DNA from: Rhodospirillales bacterium
GTDB lineage: Bacteria; Pseudomonadota; Alphaproteobacteria; Kiloniellales; JACOMY01
NCBI GenBank assembly: GCA_014324045.1
Contig: JACOMY010000015.1
Location: forward strand, 2,336-66,335
Reading direction: 5' to 3'
Length of the DNA stretch: 64,000 nucleotides
Shown here: positions 8,925 to 16,468 of the stretch, in pieces
How the letters are laid out: every line of letters starts with the position of its first letter
Numbering within the stretch: the first letter of the stretch is position 1
Translations under genes and position numbers: made by a program
The notes under the pieces: generated by a model
What the model was told of the DNA's origin: nothing
Databases searched by the model: none
The model's input: only the letters and a program-made list of their open reading frames with translations

Positions 8925-9220
8925 TGAGCGAAAATCGGGAGAGGATCGTGAAATATCGTCCGATCACGGCAGTCCTTATAGTCTTACTGGGCGGGTGCGT
9001 CAATCCCTATCCTAAAATTATCAAGGTCAACGCTGATCAGGCGATCATTCAGACCCATCCGAGCGTATCGGAGGAGGCTGTCGAACGGAAGGCCGAGGAA
9101 GCCTGCGCGCTTTATGGGAAAAAGCCGCAGTTGGTGTATATTGAACTCACTAGTCTCCTCATACCGGAGCCTTCGGAGAGGAATCACTTCTTCGCCTGCG
9201 TCGAGCAAGCGGCGGAATGA
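8921..9220 (+). CDS. Small lipoprotein (hypothetical), paralog 2
   Basis: Lipobox IVLLGGC. The ATG at 8921 overlaps the TGA of the upstream gene (ATGA). It shares a KAE..C..YGK...H.F.C pattern with paralog 1. Confidence 0.55.
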   Translation: MMSENRERIVKYRPITAVLIVLLGGCVNPYPKIIKVNADQAIIQTHPSVSEEAVERKAEEACALYGKKPQLVYIELTSLLIPEPSERNHFFACVEQAAE

Positions 9221-9711
9221 CAGGCCGACTCTGGGCGGCTGCCGTCCTGGCGGTGCTGGCGCTTTCCGCCGGGCCGGCACAGGCACAATCCGGCGGCAGC
9301 GAAACCATCGAGGGCCCTGCCAGCGTTACCGACGGCGACAGCATCGAGATAGACGGCCGGCGGATCCGCCTGTACGGGATCGATGCGCCCGAGTTCGAAC
9401 AGAGCTGCCGCACCGCCGCGGGCCGTGTCTGGCGCTGCGGGCAGGAGGCTGCGGCGGCACTGGCCGGCAAGATCGGCAGCGCGCCGGTGACTTGCCAAGT
9501 CCGCGGCAACGATGGCCGCGCGGTCGCCGTTTGCCGGCAGGGCGGCGCCGATCTGAACGCCTGGCTGGTGCAGCAAGGGCTGGCACTGGCTTACCGCTAT
9601 TTTTCCACCGACTACCTGCCGGAAGAAGAGAACGCCCGGCGCGCCCGCCGCGGTCTGTGGCAAGGCGCCTTCGTCAAGCCTTGGAACTGGCGGCGGGGCA
9701 AGCGGCTTTAG
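9217..9711 (+). CDS. Secreted thermonuclease (staphylococcal nuclease/SNase family)
   Basis: Signal peptide AVLALSAGPAQAQ. VTDGDSIEIDGRRIRLYGIDAPE and the C-terminal ARRARRGLWQG are typical of the SNc fold. The ATG overlaps the upstream stop (ATGA). Confidence 0.8.
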   Translation: MTGRLWAAAVLAVLALSAGPAQAQSGGSETIEGPASVTDGDSIEIDGRRIRLYGIDAPEFEQSCRTAAGRVWRCGQEAAAALAGKIGSAPVTCQVRGNDGRAVAVCRQGGADLNAWLVQQGLALAYRYFSTDYLPEEENARRARRGLWQGAFVKPWNWRRGKRL

Positions 9712-9752
9712 GCCCGGCCGAACCGGCGGGAGGCAGACGCGGTGCTATCCAC

Positions 9753-11215
9753 CTGCGACTCGACGGAGAGGGTAGTCCATGAGTAACGACGAGCAGGAAG
9801 GATCTGTTGCGATGACCGGCAAGCCCAGCGAACGAAACATTCCGGTGGAGCGTCTTGTCCTCGACCTGGAGAACCCTAGGCATGGGGAATTGGACACGGA
9901 GCAGGAGGCAATCGAATTCCTCTGCTCCAACGAGGATGTGATCCCGCTTGTCCGCGATATTGCGCGATATGGGTTAAACCCGATAGATCGCTTGGCGGTC
10001 GTAATTGACAACGGCGACGATGGGCCGGAGGGTAACTTCGTTGTGGCCGAAGGCAACCGAAGGCTCTGCGCCATTAAACTCCTTACCGGCCCGGCTCTGG
10101 CGCCGAGCCAGCATAGGGATGCTGTCGAAAAAGCCGCCGCGGATTGGACGCCAATCACCGAAATCTCCTGTGTGGTTTTCGACGATAAAACTGCCGCTCG
10201 CCTCTGGCTTGCAAGACGCCACCAAGGATCCTTAGGCGGTGTCGGATTTAAGCCATGGAATGCCGAACAAAAGGCAAGGCACAGCGATGTATCTTCGCGA
10301 AATCGGGTGGCGCAGGCTTTTCTCGACTGGGCGGAGAAGAAAGGGTTGATAACTCCCGAAGACCGGTTGGGACGCCTGACCACAGTTCAGAGATATCTGA
10401 GCAATTCCACGATGCGCCAGGCGATGGGGATCGATGCGAGCGATCCGAACGATGTCCGCCGCACCCGGCCGGGAGGCGACATGAATTTACTGGCGCAGCG
10501 CTTCATCGGCGACCTGTTGAGCGGTGAGGTGACGTCGCGGCATAAAAAAGCCGATATCGAGCGTTATGCCGGGAAACTGGATTCACTTCCGGGACTGTCC
10601 TATAAACGGGTCGATCCACAGCTCTTGGCAAAAAAACCGCGAAATCTTAGAAAGATAAGCAGGCACCCTGAGATTGACCAAAAGCTTCAAGAACTGAACG
10701 ATCAGAAGCTATGCAGTCTCTATAATTCCATCACAACGATTTCGGCTAAGGCACACATGCCTCTTATTGCGGTTGGCGTCTGGGCGTTTTTCGAAACGCT
10801 GACGGCGCTCCTCGGCAGAGATCCGAAGACCAGTTTTTCAAGCTTCTTGAACAAGCAGTATCTGGAAAAACAGGGCCTCGATGCGGGCGACAACAGAGCG
10901 ATGCGCGAGGCAATTGGGCGCATTCATGCTTACGGAAACACGACCAAACATCATTACACATTAGCCGCTTTCAACGCAGAGCAGCTCGAAGACGACATGA
11001 CAACATTGAGCGGTCTAATCGCAAAATTGATCGAACGCGCGCCACGCGATTCATAACTCCGATCCCCATTGGCCGAAGGGATTTTCCGTTGCTATCGAGT
11101 GCTTGAACGGAAAACGTAAAAGGCGGCTGTCGTCCGGCTTCGCCTGCGGAAGATCGGTGGTTACGGTCCCATGGCAGGCATGGAGCGCCAGGCCCCGATA
11201 CTGCGCAGTGCGCCC
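9753..11215 (+). repeat. Tandem duplication unit 1 (ParB-like gene + downstream spacer)
   Basis: Collinear with 11334-12844, from ctgcgactcgacggaga through the ORF to ...catggcaggcatggagcgccaggcc..gatactgcgcag. Confidence 0.8.
9779..11056 (+). CDS. ParB/Srx-fold N-terminal domain protein with uncharacterised C-terminal domain (paralog 1)
   Basis: IPVERLVLDLENPRHG and FVVAEGNRRLCAIKLL match the ParB-like nuclease/NTPase domain signature (GxRR). ORF track 425 aa. Confidence 0.7.
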   Translation: MSNDEQEGSVAMTGKPSERNIPVERLVLDLENPRHGELDTEQEAIEFLCSNEDVIPLVRDIARYGLNPIDRLAVVIDNGDDGPEGNFVVAEGNRRLCAIKLLTGPALAPSQHRDAVEKAAADWTPITEISCVVFDDKTAARLWLARRHQGSLGGVGFKPWNAEQKARHSDVSSRNRVAQAFLDWAEKKGLITPEDRLGRLTTVQRYLSNSTMRQAMGIDASDPNDVRRTRPGGDMNLLAQRFIGDLLSGEVTSRHKKADIERYAGKLDSLPGLSYKRVDPQLLAKKPRNLRKISRHPEIDQKLQELNDQKLCSLYNSITTISAKAHMPLIAVGVWAFFETLTALLGRDPKTSFSSFLNKQYLEKQGLDAGDNRAMREAIGRIHAYGNTTKHHYTLAAFNAEQLEDDMTTLSGLIAKLIERAPRDS

Positions 11216-11300
11216 GGATCTCATCTTCACCGAAGAGTCCCTGTCCTGGCCGTTTGAGGAGGGCGAGGACGGCGTGTGGCGATTGAAGCCGGCAGAGTGA
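11197..11300 (+). pseudogene. 3'-terminal remnant of a pentapeptide-repeat gene
   Basis: Encodes ...SLSWPFEEGEDGVWRLKPAE*, nearly identical to the C-terminus of the 13039..13857 product (GLSWPFEEGEDGVWRLKPTE*). No repeat region is present. Confidence 0.65.
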
Positions 11301-11333
11301 TTAGGGGTCCTGCCGCAGGCGGCAGTGTCCCGG

Positions 11334-12844
11334 CTGCGACTCGACGGAGATGGTTAGTCTATGAGTAACAACGAGAAGGAAGGATCTGTTGCGATGACCG
11401 ACAAGCCCAGCGAACGAAACATTCCGGTAGAGCGTCTTTTCCTCGACCTAGAAAACCCTAGGCATGGGGAATTGAGGACAGAGGAAGAAGCAATCGAATT
11501 CCTCTGCTCCAACGAGGATGTGGCCAAGATTGCCGGCGATATTGCGGAGCATGGGCTAAGCCCGATAGATCGCTTGGCGGTCGTAATTGACAACGGCGAC
11601 GATGGGCTGGAGGGTAACTTCGTTGTGGCCGAAGGCAACCGAAGGCTCTGCGCCATTAAACTCCTTACCGACCCGGATCTGGCGCCGAGCGAGCATAGGG
11701 GTGCTGTCGAAAAGGCCGCCGCGGACTGGACGCCAATTGCCGAAATCTCCTGTGTGGTTTTCGACGATAAAACTGCCGCTCGCCTCTGGCTTGAAAGACG
11801 CCACCAAGGATCCTTAGGCGGTGTTGGATTGAGGCCATGGAATGCCGAACAAAAGGCAAGGCACAGCAGTGGATCTTCGCGAAATCGGGTGGCGCAGGCT
11901 TTTCTCGACTGGACGGAGAAAGAAGGGCTGATAACTCGCAAAGACCGCAAACGCCGTCTGACCACGGTCCAGAGATATCTGGGCAATCCCATCATGCGCC
12001 AGGCGATGGGGATTGATGCGAGCGATCCGAACGATGTCCGCCGCACCCGGCCGGAGGCTGACATGAAGTTACTGGCGCAGCGCTTCATCGGCGACCTGCT
12101 GAGCGGTGAGGTGACGTCGCGACATAACAAATCCGAAATCGAATCTTATGCTCGGATGCTGGAATCGCTCCAGGGATTATCCGGTGAAGAGGTTGATCCG
12201 CCGCTATCCTTGAACCCCCCTTCCGCTTCCCAGGACCCATCGGACCCGCCAGGAAAACCGAAAAAGCCCGAAAGATCTACAAAGATAAAGCGGGACCCCA
12301 AGATTGACGAAAAGCTTCAAGAACTGAACGATCAGAAGCTAAGCAGTCTCTATAATTCCATCACAACGGTTCCGGTTAATAAACACACACCCCTTGTTGC
12401 AATTGGCGTTTGGGCCTTCTTCGAAACGCTGACGGCGCGCCTCGGCAGAGATCCGAAGACCAGTTTTTCGAGCTTCTTAAGCAAGCAATACCTGGAAAAA
12501 CAGGGCCTCGATGCGAAGGAAATCGAAGGCTTGGACGAGCCAATTGGGCGCATTCATGCTTACGGAAACACGACCGAACATCATCACACAGTAGCCGCCT
12601 TCAATGCAGAGCAGCTCGAAAACGACATGGCGGCGTTGAGCGGTCCGATCGCAAAGTTGATCGAACGCGCGCCACGCGATCCATAACTTCGATTGCCGCC
12701 GGCCGAAGCGGTTTACCTTTGCTATCGAGTGCTTGAACGGAAAACACAAAAGGCGGCTGTCGTCCGGTTTCGCCTGCGGAAGATCGGTGGTCACGGTCCC
12801 ATGGCAGGCATGGAGCGCCAGGCCGATACTGCGCAGCGCGCCCC
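11334..12844 (+). repeat. Tandem duplication unit 2 (ParB-like gene + downstream spacer)
   Basis: See unit 1. In this copy the spacer continues into an intact pentapeptide-repeat gene. Confidence 0.8.
11361..12686 (+). CDS. ParB/Srx-fold N-terminal domain protein (paralog 2)
   Basis: Same motifs as paralog 1 (LENPRHG, AEGNRRLCAIKLL). It differs mainly by a Pro-rich insert (PPLSLNPPSASQDPSDPPGKPKKPERS) in the linker. 441 aa. Confidence 0.7.
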   Translation: MSNNEKEGSVAMTDKPSERNIPVERLFLDLENPRHGELRTEEEAIEFLCSNEDVAKIAGDIAEHGLSPIDRLAVVIDNGDDGLEGNFVVAEGNRRLCAIKLLTDPDLAPSEHRGAVEKAAADWTPIAEISCVVFDDKTAARLWLERRHQGSLGGVGLRPWNAEQKARHSSGSSRNRVAQAFLDWTEKEGLITRKDRKRRLTTVQRYLGNPIMRQAMGIDASDPNDVRRTRPEADMKLLAQRFIGDLLSGEVTSRHNKSEIESYARMLESLQGLSGEEVDPPLSLNPPSASQDPSDPPGKPKKPERSTKIKRDPKIDEKLQELNDQKLSSLYNSITTVPVNKHTPLVAIGVWAFFETLTARLGRDPKTSFSSFLSKQYLEKQGLDAKEIEGLDEPIGRIHAYGNTTEHHHTVAAFNAEQLENDMAALSGPIAKLIERAPRDP

Positions 12845-12941
12845 GGAGTTCCTTATGCCGATGCAGGATCGGAGGGGCTCCCGGTTCGGTCTGGCGGTGT
12901 ATCCATGCCATGGCTATGGCGCTGTCCGTAAAGCGGGTCGA

Positions 12942-12957
12942 GCGGACCATGGTCCGC
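12942..12957. repeat. Perfect 16-bp palindrome GCGGACCATGGTCCGC (copy 1)
   Basis: Read directly from the sequence; self-complementary. Confidence 0.9.
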
Positions 12958-13038
12958 TGCCTGCCAGGCTGTCAGGTTCGGGCCGCAGAATGCGGCGATG
13001 GTTGGAGCTTAATCGATAAGGCGGAAGGATGAGACGCT

Positions 13039-13857
13039 ATGAGAGCAATGACGTGGATGGCCGCTGCCTTGGCGGCGGCGCTGGCGGGGCCGGGCTCGGC
13101 GGCCGCACAGGAGACCTGGCGGGGCGCGGATCTCTCCTCCACGGACTTCTCCGACGCGATCCTCCGCGGCGTCGATCTCGCCTACGCGAACCTCGAAGGC
13201 GTGAACCTCGAAGGCGCGAACCTCGAAGGCGCGAACCTCGAAGGCACGTACCTCTCCGGCGCGGACCTTTCCATCGCTGACCTCGCCGGCGTGCAACTCC
13301 GCGGCGCGCACCTCGCTGACGCGGACCTCTCCGGCACGGACCTCTCCGGCGCGGATCTCGTTGTCGCGAACCTCGCTGACGCGGACCTCACCGGCGCGAA
13401 CCTCTCCGCCGCGGACCTTACTGTCGCGCACCTCTCCTCCGCGGATCTCACCGGCGCGGACCTCACCGGCGCGGACCTCACCGGCGCGTACTTCTACTCC
13501 GCGGACCTCGCTGACGCGGACCTCATCGACGCGAACCTCACCGGCGCGGATCTCATCGACGCGAACCTCTTCGCCGCGGACCTCGAAGGCGCGGACTTCT
13601 CCTCCGCGAACCTCTCCTCCGCGGACCTCGCTGACGCGATCTTCATCATCGCGAACTTCATCGACGCGAACCTCATCGACGCAAACCTCGAAGGCGCATA
13701 CCTTGAAGACGCGCGCCTCTACGGCGCGACCGGCCTGACGCAGGAGATGCTGCGCAGTGCCCGACCCTCGCCCCCGCCCTCCAGTCTGCCGGAGGGCTTG
13801 TCCTGGCCGTTCGAGGAAGGCGAAGACGGCGTGTGGCGATTGAAGCCGACGGAGTGA
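13039..13857 (+). CDS. Pentapeptide-repeat protein with N-terminal signal peptide
   Basis: MRAMTWMAAALAAALAGPGSAAAQ is followed by ~40 A(D/N)LxG-type pentapeptides. C-terminal ATGLTQEMLRSA...LSWPFEEGEDGVWRL. Confidence 0.85.
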   Translation: MRAMTWMAAALAAALAGPGSAAAQETWRGADLSSTDFSDAILRGVDLAYANLEGVNLEGANLEGANLEGTYLSGADLSIADLAGVQLRGAHLADADLSGTDLSGADLVVANLADADLTGANLSAADLTVAHLSSADLTGADLTGADLTGAYFYSADLADADLIDANLTGADLIDANLFAADLEGADFSSANLSSADLADAIFIIANFIDANLIDANLEGAYLEDARLYGATGLTQEMLRSARPSPPPSSLPEGLSWPFEEGEDGVWRLKPTE

Positions 13858-13868
13858 TCGCTTGCGGA

Positions 13869-13884
13869 GCCGACCATGGTCCGC
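13869..13884. repeat. Palindrome copy 2 (GCCGACCATGGTCCGC, one mismatch)
   Basis: Read directly. It lies 12 nt after the PRP stop. Confidence 0.8.
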
Positions 13885-13963
13885 TGCGTGCCGGGCGGTC
13901 TGGTTCGAGCCGGAGAAGGCCATGGTCGTCGAGGCGTAGCAGCGAGACAAGGATGGAGAAGGC

Positions 13964-14069
13964 TATGAAACATCATCTGATCGTGGTAATGATAGTGGCG
14001 GCGCGCGGCGGGAAGGTCTTCGTCGAAAGTGCCGACAAAACCGAAAAGACCGAGCTGGTAGTCCTGTGA
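13964..14069 (+). CDS. Small ORF (34 aa), possibly a degenerate lipoprotein-signal remnant
   Basis: MKHHLIVVMIVAARGGK... is preceded by the same leader and SD (ggagaaggctATG) as the lipoprotein at 8652. Its stop overlaps the GTG of the next ORF (GTGA). Confidence 0.25.
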
Positions 14070-14671
14070 GGCAGGCAATCGCCACAGTATTGCTGCAGGC
14101 ACTCGAAAGCGGTGCTTTTTGCCATGCCACACTGTTCCGGGGTATTGATCAGGACGGGCTTCGGGACATCGAAGAGCACTGGAAGCCGATGTTCGATGCC
14201 GCCGCTCCCGAGAACCGGCCTGAGGACGCGCACTGGGAATGGGCCGACAAGGTGTTGCGCGCTCAGACCAAGCCGCTTAACTGCGAGATCTTCGGGATTG
14301 AGGCAGACAACAAAACGCAGGGCATGATGCTTGTCATCAAGCTTGGCCGACAGTGCTTTAGCCGTCATCAGGAACATCCAGGCGCGCCGCTGGTCTACAT
14401 TGACTTTCTTGCGACAGCTCCATGGAATAGGCCGAGCATGGGTGACGCTCCAGCCTACAAGGGCGTCGGTGTGACCCTGTTTATGTAAGCAGTATCCCTG
14501 AGCTATGAGAAAGAAGCTTCAGGGCGTGTCGGCCTGCATTCACTGCCCGGTGCAGAGTCATTCTACCGCGAGCAGATGAACATGACCGATATGGGTAAAG
14601 ATGTGGGCTATGACAATTTGCGATACTTCGAGTTGTCCGCAACTCAGGCCAAGCAGCTGATCTCGTCCTAG
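14066..14671 (+). pseudogene. GNAT-like acetyltransferase gene interrupted by an in-frame TAA (14486-14488)
   Basis: The upstream part ends ...VYIDFLATAPWNR...YKGVGVTLFM*. The same frame continues AVSLSYEKEASGRVGLHSLPGAESFYREQMNMTDMG...* to TAG 14669-14671. Together they give a GNAT-like core (G.G..L...A..S, FY...M). Confidence 0.6.
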
Positions 14672-14703
14672 GCCCTGGTTGAGAAAAGAACTAGCTAAGA
14701 GAG

Positions 14704-15471
14704 ATGACCATGAAACTTTGCGTCGACGATAACTGGTTGCGCCGGAAGATCGCGAACGACCCGCTCGTCGAAGTCGAAGCCGGACGCAGCATCCGCTGTG
14801 CTGCTGACGTGGTGAAGGCTATCGAAGCGGCCGCACTCCATTCAGAATCTGCTCCAGGAAAACCGGTGCATACGGTCCCGCAGTGGGAGGAGCTGATTTT
14901 TAAGAAATTTGGCGAGCGTGTTCGCGGCGTTCACACTGGCCTGTTCGACGGCGCGGACCTCGCCGACGCAGACCTCGCCCGCGCGTTCCTCGTCGGCGCG
15001 AACCTCTCCGGCGCGGACCTCTCCGGCGCGAGCCTCGCCGACGCGATCCTCGCCCGCGCGTTCCTCGTCAACGCGGACCTCTCCGGCGCGAACCTCTCCG
15101 GCGCGAGCCTCACCGGCGCGAACCTCTCCGGCGCGAACCTCACCCGCGCGAGCCTCACCGGCGCGAACCTCAACGGCGCGAACCTCACCGACGCGCTTCT
15201 CTTCGATGCGGACCTCACCGGCATGGACTTCCCCGGCGCGAACCTCACCGGCGCAACCGGCCTGACGCAGGAGATGCTGCGCAGCGCCTGGCCATCACCT
15301 CGGCCGAAGAATCTGCCGACGCAGTTGTCCTGGCCGTTTGAGCATGGTGCGGACGACAAGTGGCGCCTGAGGCTCCAACGGCCGCAGACGGCACAGGCGG
15401 AAGTGCCTCAAGACCCCCGAGAGGGCTGGGCGGAGCCGGATAACCTTCTGGCTCTTCCTCGCTGCCGGTGA
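14704..15471 (+). CDS. Pentapeptide-repeat protein, no signal peptide, ~80-aa unique N-terminal domain
   Basis: ADLADADLARAFLVGANLSGADLSGASL... repeats. C-terminal ATGLTQEMLRSAWPSPRPKNLPTQLSWPFEHGADDKWRL is homologous to that of PRP 13039..13857. Confidence 0.8.
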   Translation: MTMKLCVDDNWLRRKIANDPLVEVEAGRSIRCAADVVKAIEAAALHSESAPGKPVHTVPQWEELIFKKFGERVRGVHTGLFDGADLADADLARAFLVGANLSGADLSGASLADAILARAFLVNADLSGANLSGASLTGANLSGANLTRASLTGANLNGANLTDALLFDADLTGMDFPGANLTGATGLTQEMLRSAWPSPRPKNLPTQLSWPFEHGADDKWRLRLQRPQTAQAEVPQDPREGWAEPDNLLALPRCR

Positions 15472-15759
15472 TCGCCTTGTCGGGCGGCATGACGTGGCTG
15501 GGGTCTTTCGCCTATTCGAGCGCGTTCATGGCGGCCTAGAGACAGGCAGGATTCGGGCCGTCTCTGTCGGCGGCCATGGCGGCCCGGAGTCTGTCGATGT
15601 CACGCTGGAGGAAGCTCAGGTTCGGTTGCTTTCGGTTTTGTAGCAGGTCCGCCTAGTTTCCCGGTCGTTAAAGGTCCATTCGGACCCCACCTTGCGGCTG
15701 GGGGGCAGACGCCCCCATCTTCGGTTTCGGGGGCAGCGTGCCGCCCGGGGCCTTGGGAA

Positions 15760-15775
15760 GCGGACCCTGGTCCGC
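15760..15775. repeat. Palindrome copy 3 (GCGGACCCTGGTCCGC)
   Basis: Read directly. The flanks (ggccttgggaa...ctggaggggg) resemble those of copy 4. Confidence 0.8.
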
Positions 15776-15795
15776 TGGAGGGGGACGGTGACAGG

Positions 15796-16060
15796 ATGAC
15801 GAGACTCTGGAACCTTTTGGCGAAGCTTGAGGGTTGGCGCTGGTGGCTTCTTGCGGAGCTGCTGCTGTTGCTGGCCATTCTGGCGGCGCTGTATTGGGAC
15901 GATATCCGCCACTGGGCCCATGGGGAGGAGGCATCCAACGGCGACAAGCCTGCGCAACCTGGTGCTGGGTGCCGGGGCTGTCTTCGGCCTAGGGCTGGCC
16001 GGATGGCGGAGTGTCACCGCTCATAGACAGGCAGAGGCTGCTAAAACATGTGGAAGCTGA
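15796..16060 (+). pseudogene. Possible frameshifted, truncated N-terminal fragment of a membrane-anchored pentapeptide-repeat protein
   Basis: Two overlapping frames give MTRLWNLLAKLEGWRWWLLAELLLLLAILAALYW... and then ...SLRNLVLGAGAVFGLGLAGWRSVTAHRQAEAA. This resembles the TM/RN..L...WR...Q N-termini I associate with some PRP families. It ends where the low-GC DNA begins. Confidence 0.3.
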
Positions 16061-16468
16061 GTGGGAGGTCGGGCTGTGAGCGGCAAAAACATTAGACAAT
16101 GGTTGATGACCCTGGCAACAATCGTGGCCTTGCTCATGACCTATTTTGAATTGCAGCGCACAGCCGATCAAATTGAGGGTGCCACATTATACCAGATAGC
16201 AAACGATGCTAGAAAGTTGACTCGAAGTTATTATGGACGAGAAAAAGCGGATCGGTGGGATGTTTTGAGTCATTTTCATTCGGTTTACTTGCTTAGTCAA
16301 CAGGATGTTATTGATGAGGCATCGTGGGTACTTTTTTGCCGGAGCCTCAAGATCTTTATCGAAAGACCTGACATTTCTTTCAACTTAGACAAGCATTCAA
16401 GCTTATACGATTCTGGCTTTGTGTCTCTGGTAGATAAGATGGAGAAGGGAGAGGTGAAATGCACATGA
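16061..16468 (+). CDS. Hypothetical membrane protein (low-GC gene)
   Basis: ORF track 135 aa with one TM segment (WLMTLATIVALLMTYF). The start is uncertain (GTG 16061/16076 or an internal ATG). No recognisable family. Confidence 0.4.
   Translation: MGGRAVSGKNIRQWLMTLATIVALLMTYFELQRTADQIEGATLYQIANDARKLTRSYYGREKADRWDVLSHFHSVYLLSQQDVIDEASWVLFCRSLKIFIERPDISFNLDKHSSLYDSGFVSLVDKMEKGEVKCT

Noticed and set aside
12477-12950. 157-aa minus-strand ORF and the plus-strand 'MNGK(R/H)KRRLSSGFACGRSVVTVPWQAWSARP' ORFs (11103..11300, 12733..13032) in the conserved spacer after each ParB-like gene.
   Set aside because: Their conservation is explained by nucleotide identity of the duplicated spacer. They use non-ATG starts, have no SD, have an odd composition, and one overlaps the ParB-like gene 3' end.
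13009-13950. 313-aa minus-strand ORF with striking EVRAGEVR periodic repeats, and the 15-nt periodic DNA of 13100-13720 and 14940-15250 that could be mistaken for a repeat array or CRISPR.
   Set aside because: It is the mirror image of the pentapeptide-repeat coding sequence. The periodicity is 15 nt with no spacer/repeat architecture. The plus-strand frame gives a canonical A(D/N)LxG pentapeptide protein with a signal peptide and a conserved C-terminus.
15520-15590. Imperfect ~20-bp inverted repeat (catggcggcctagagacagg ... ccgtctctgtcggcggccatg) downstream of PRP 14704..15471, considered as a terminator or structured RNA.
   Set aside because: The stem is interrupted by several mismatches or an indel. 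There is no U-tract and no second copy, so evidence for a feature is insufficient.
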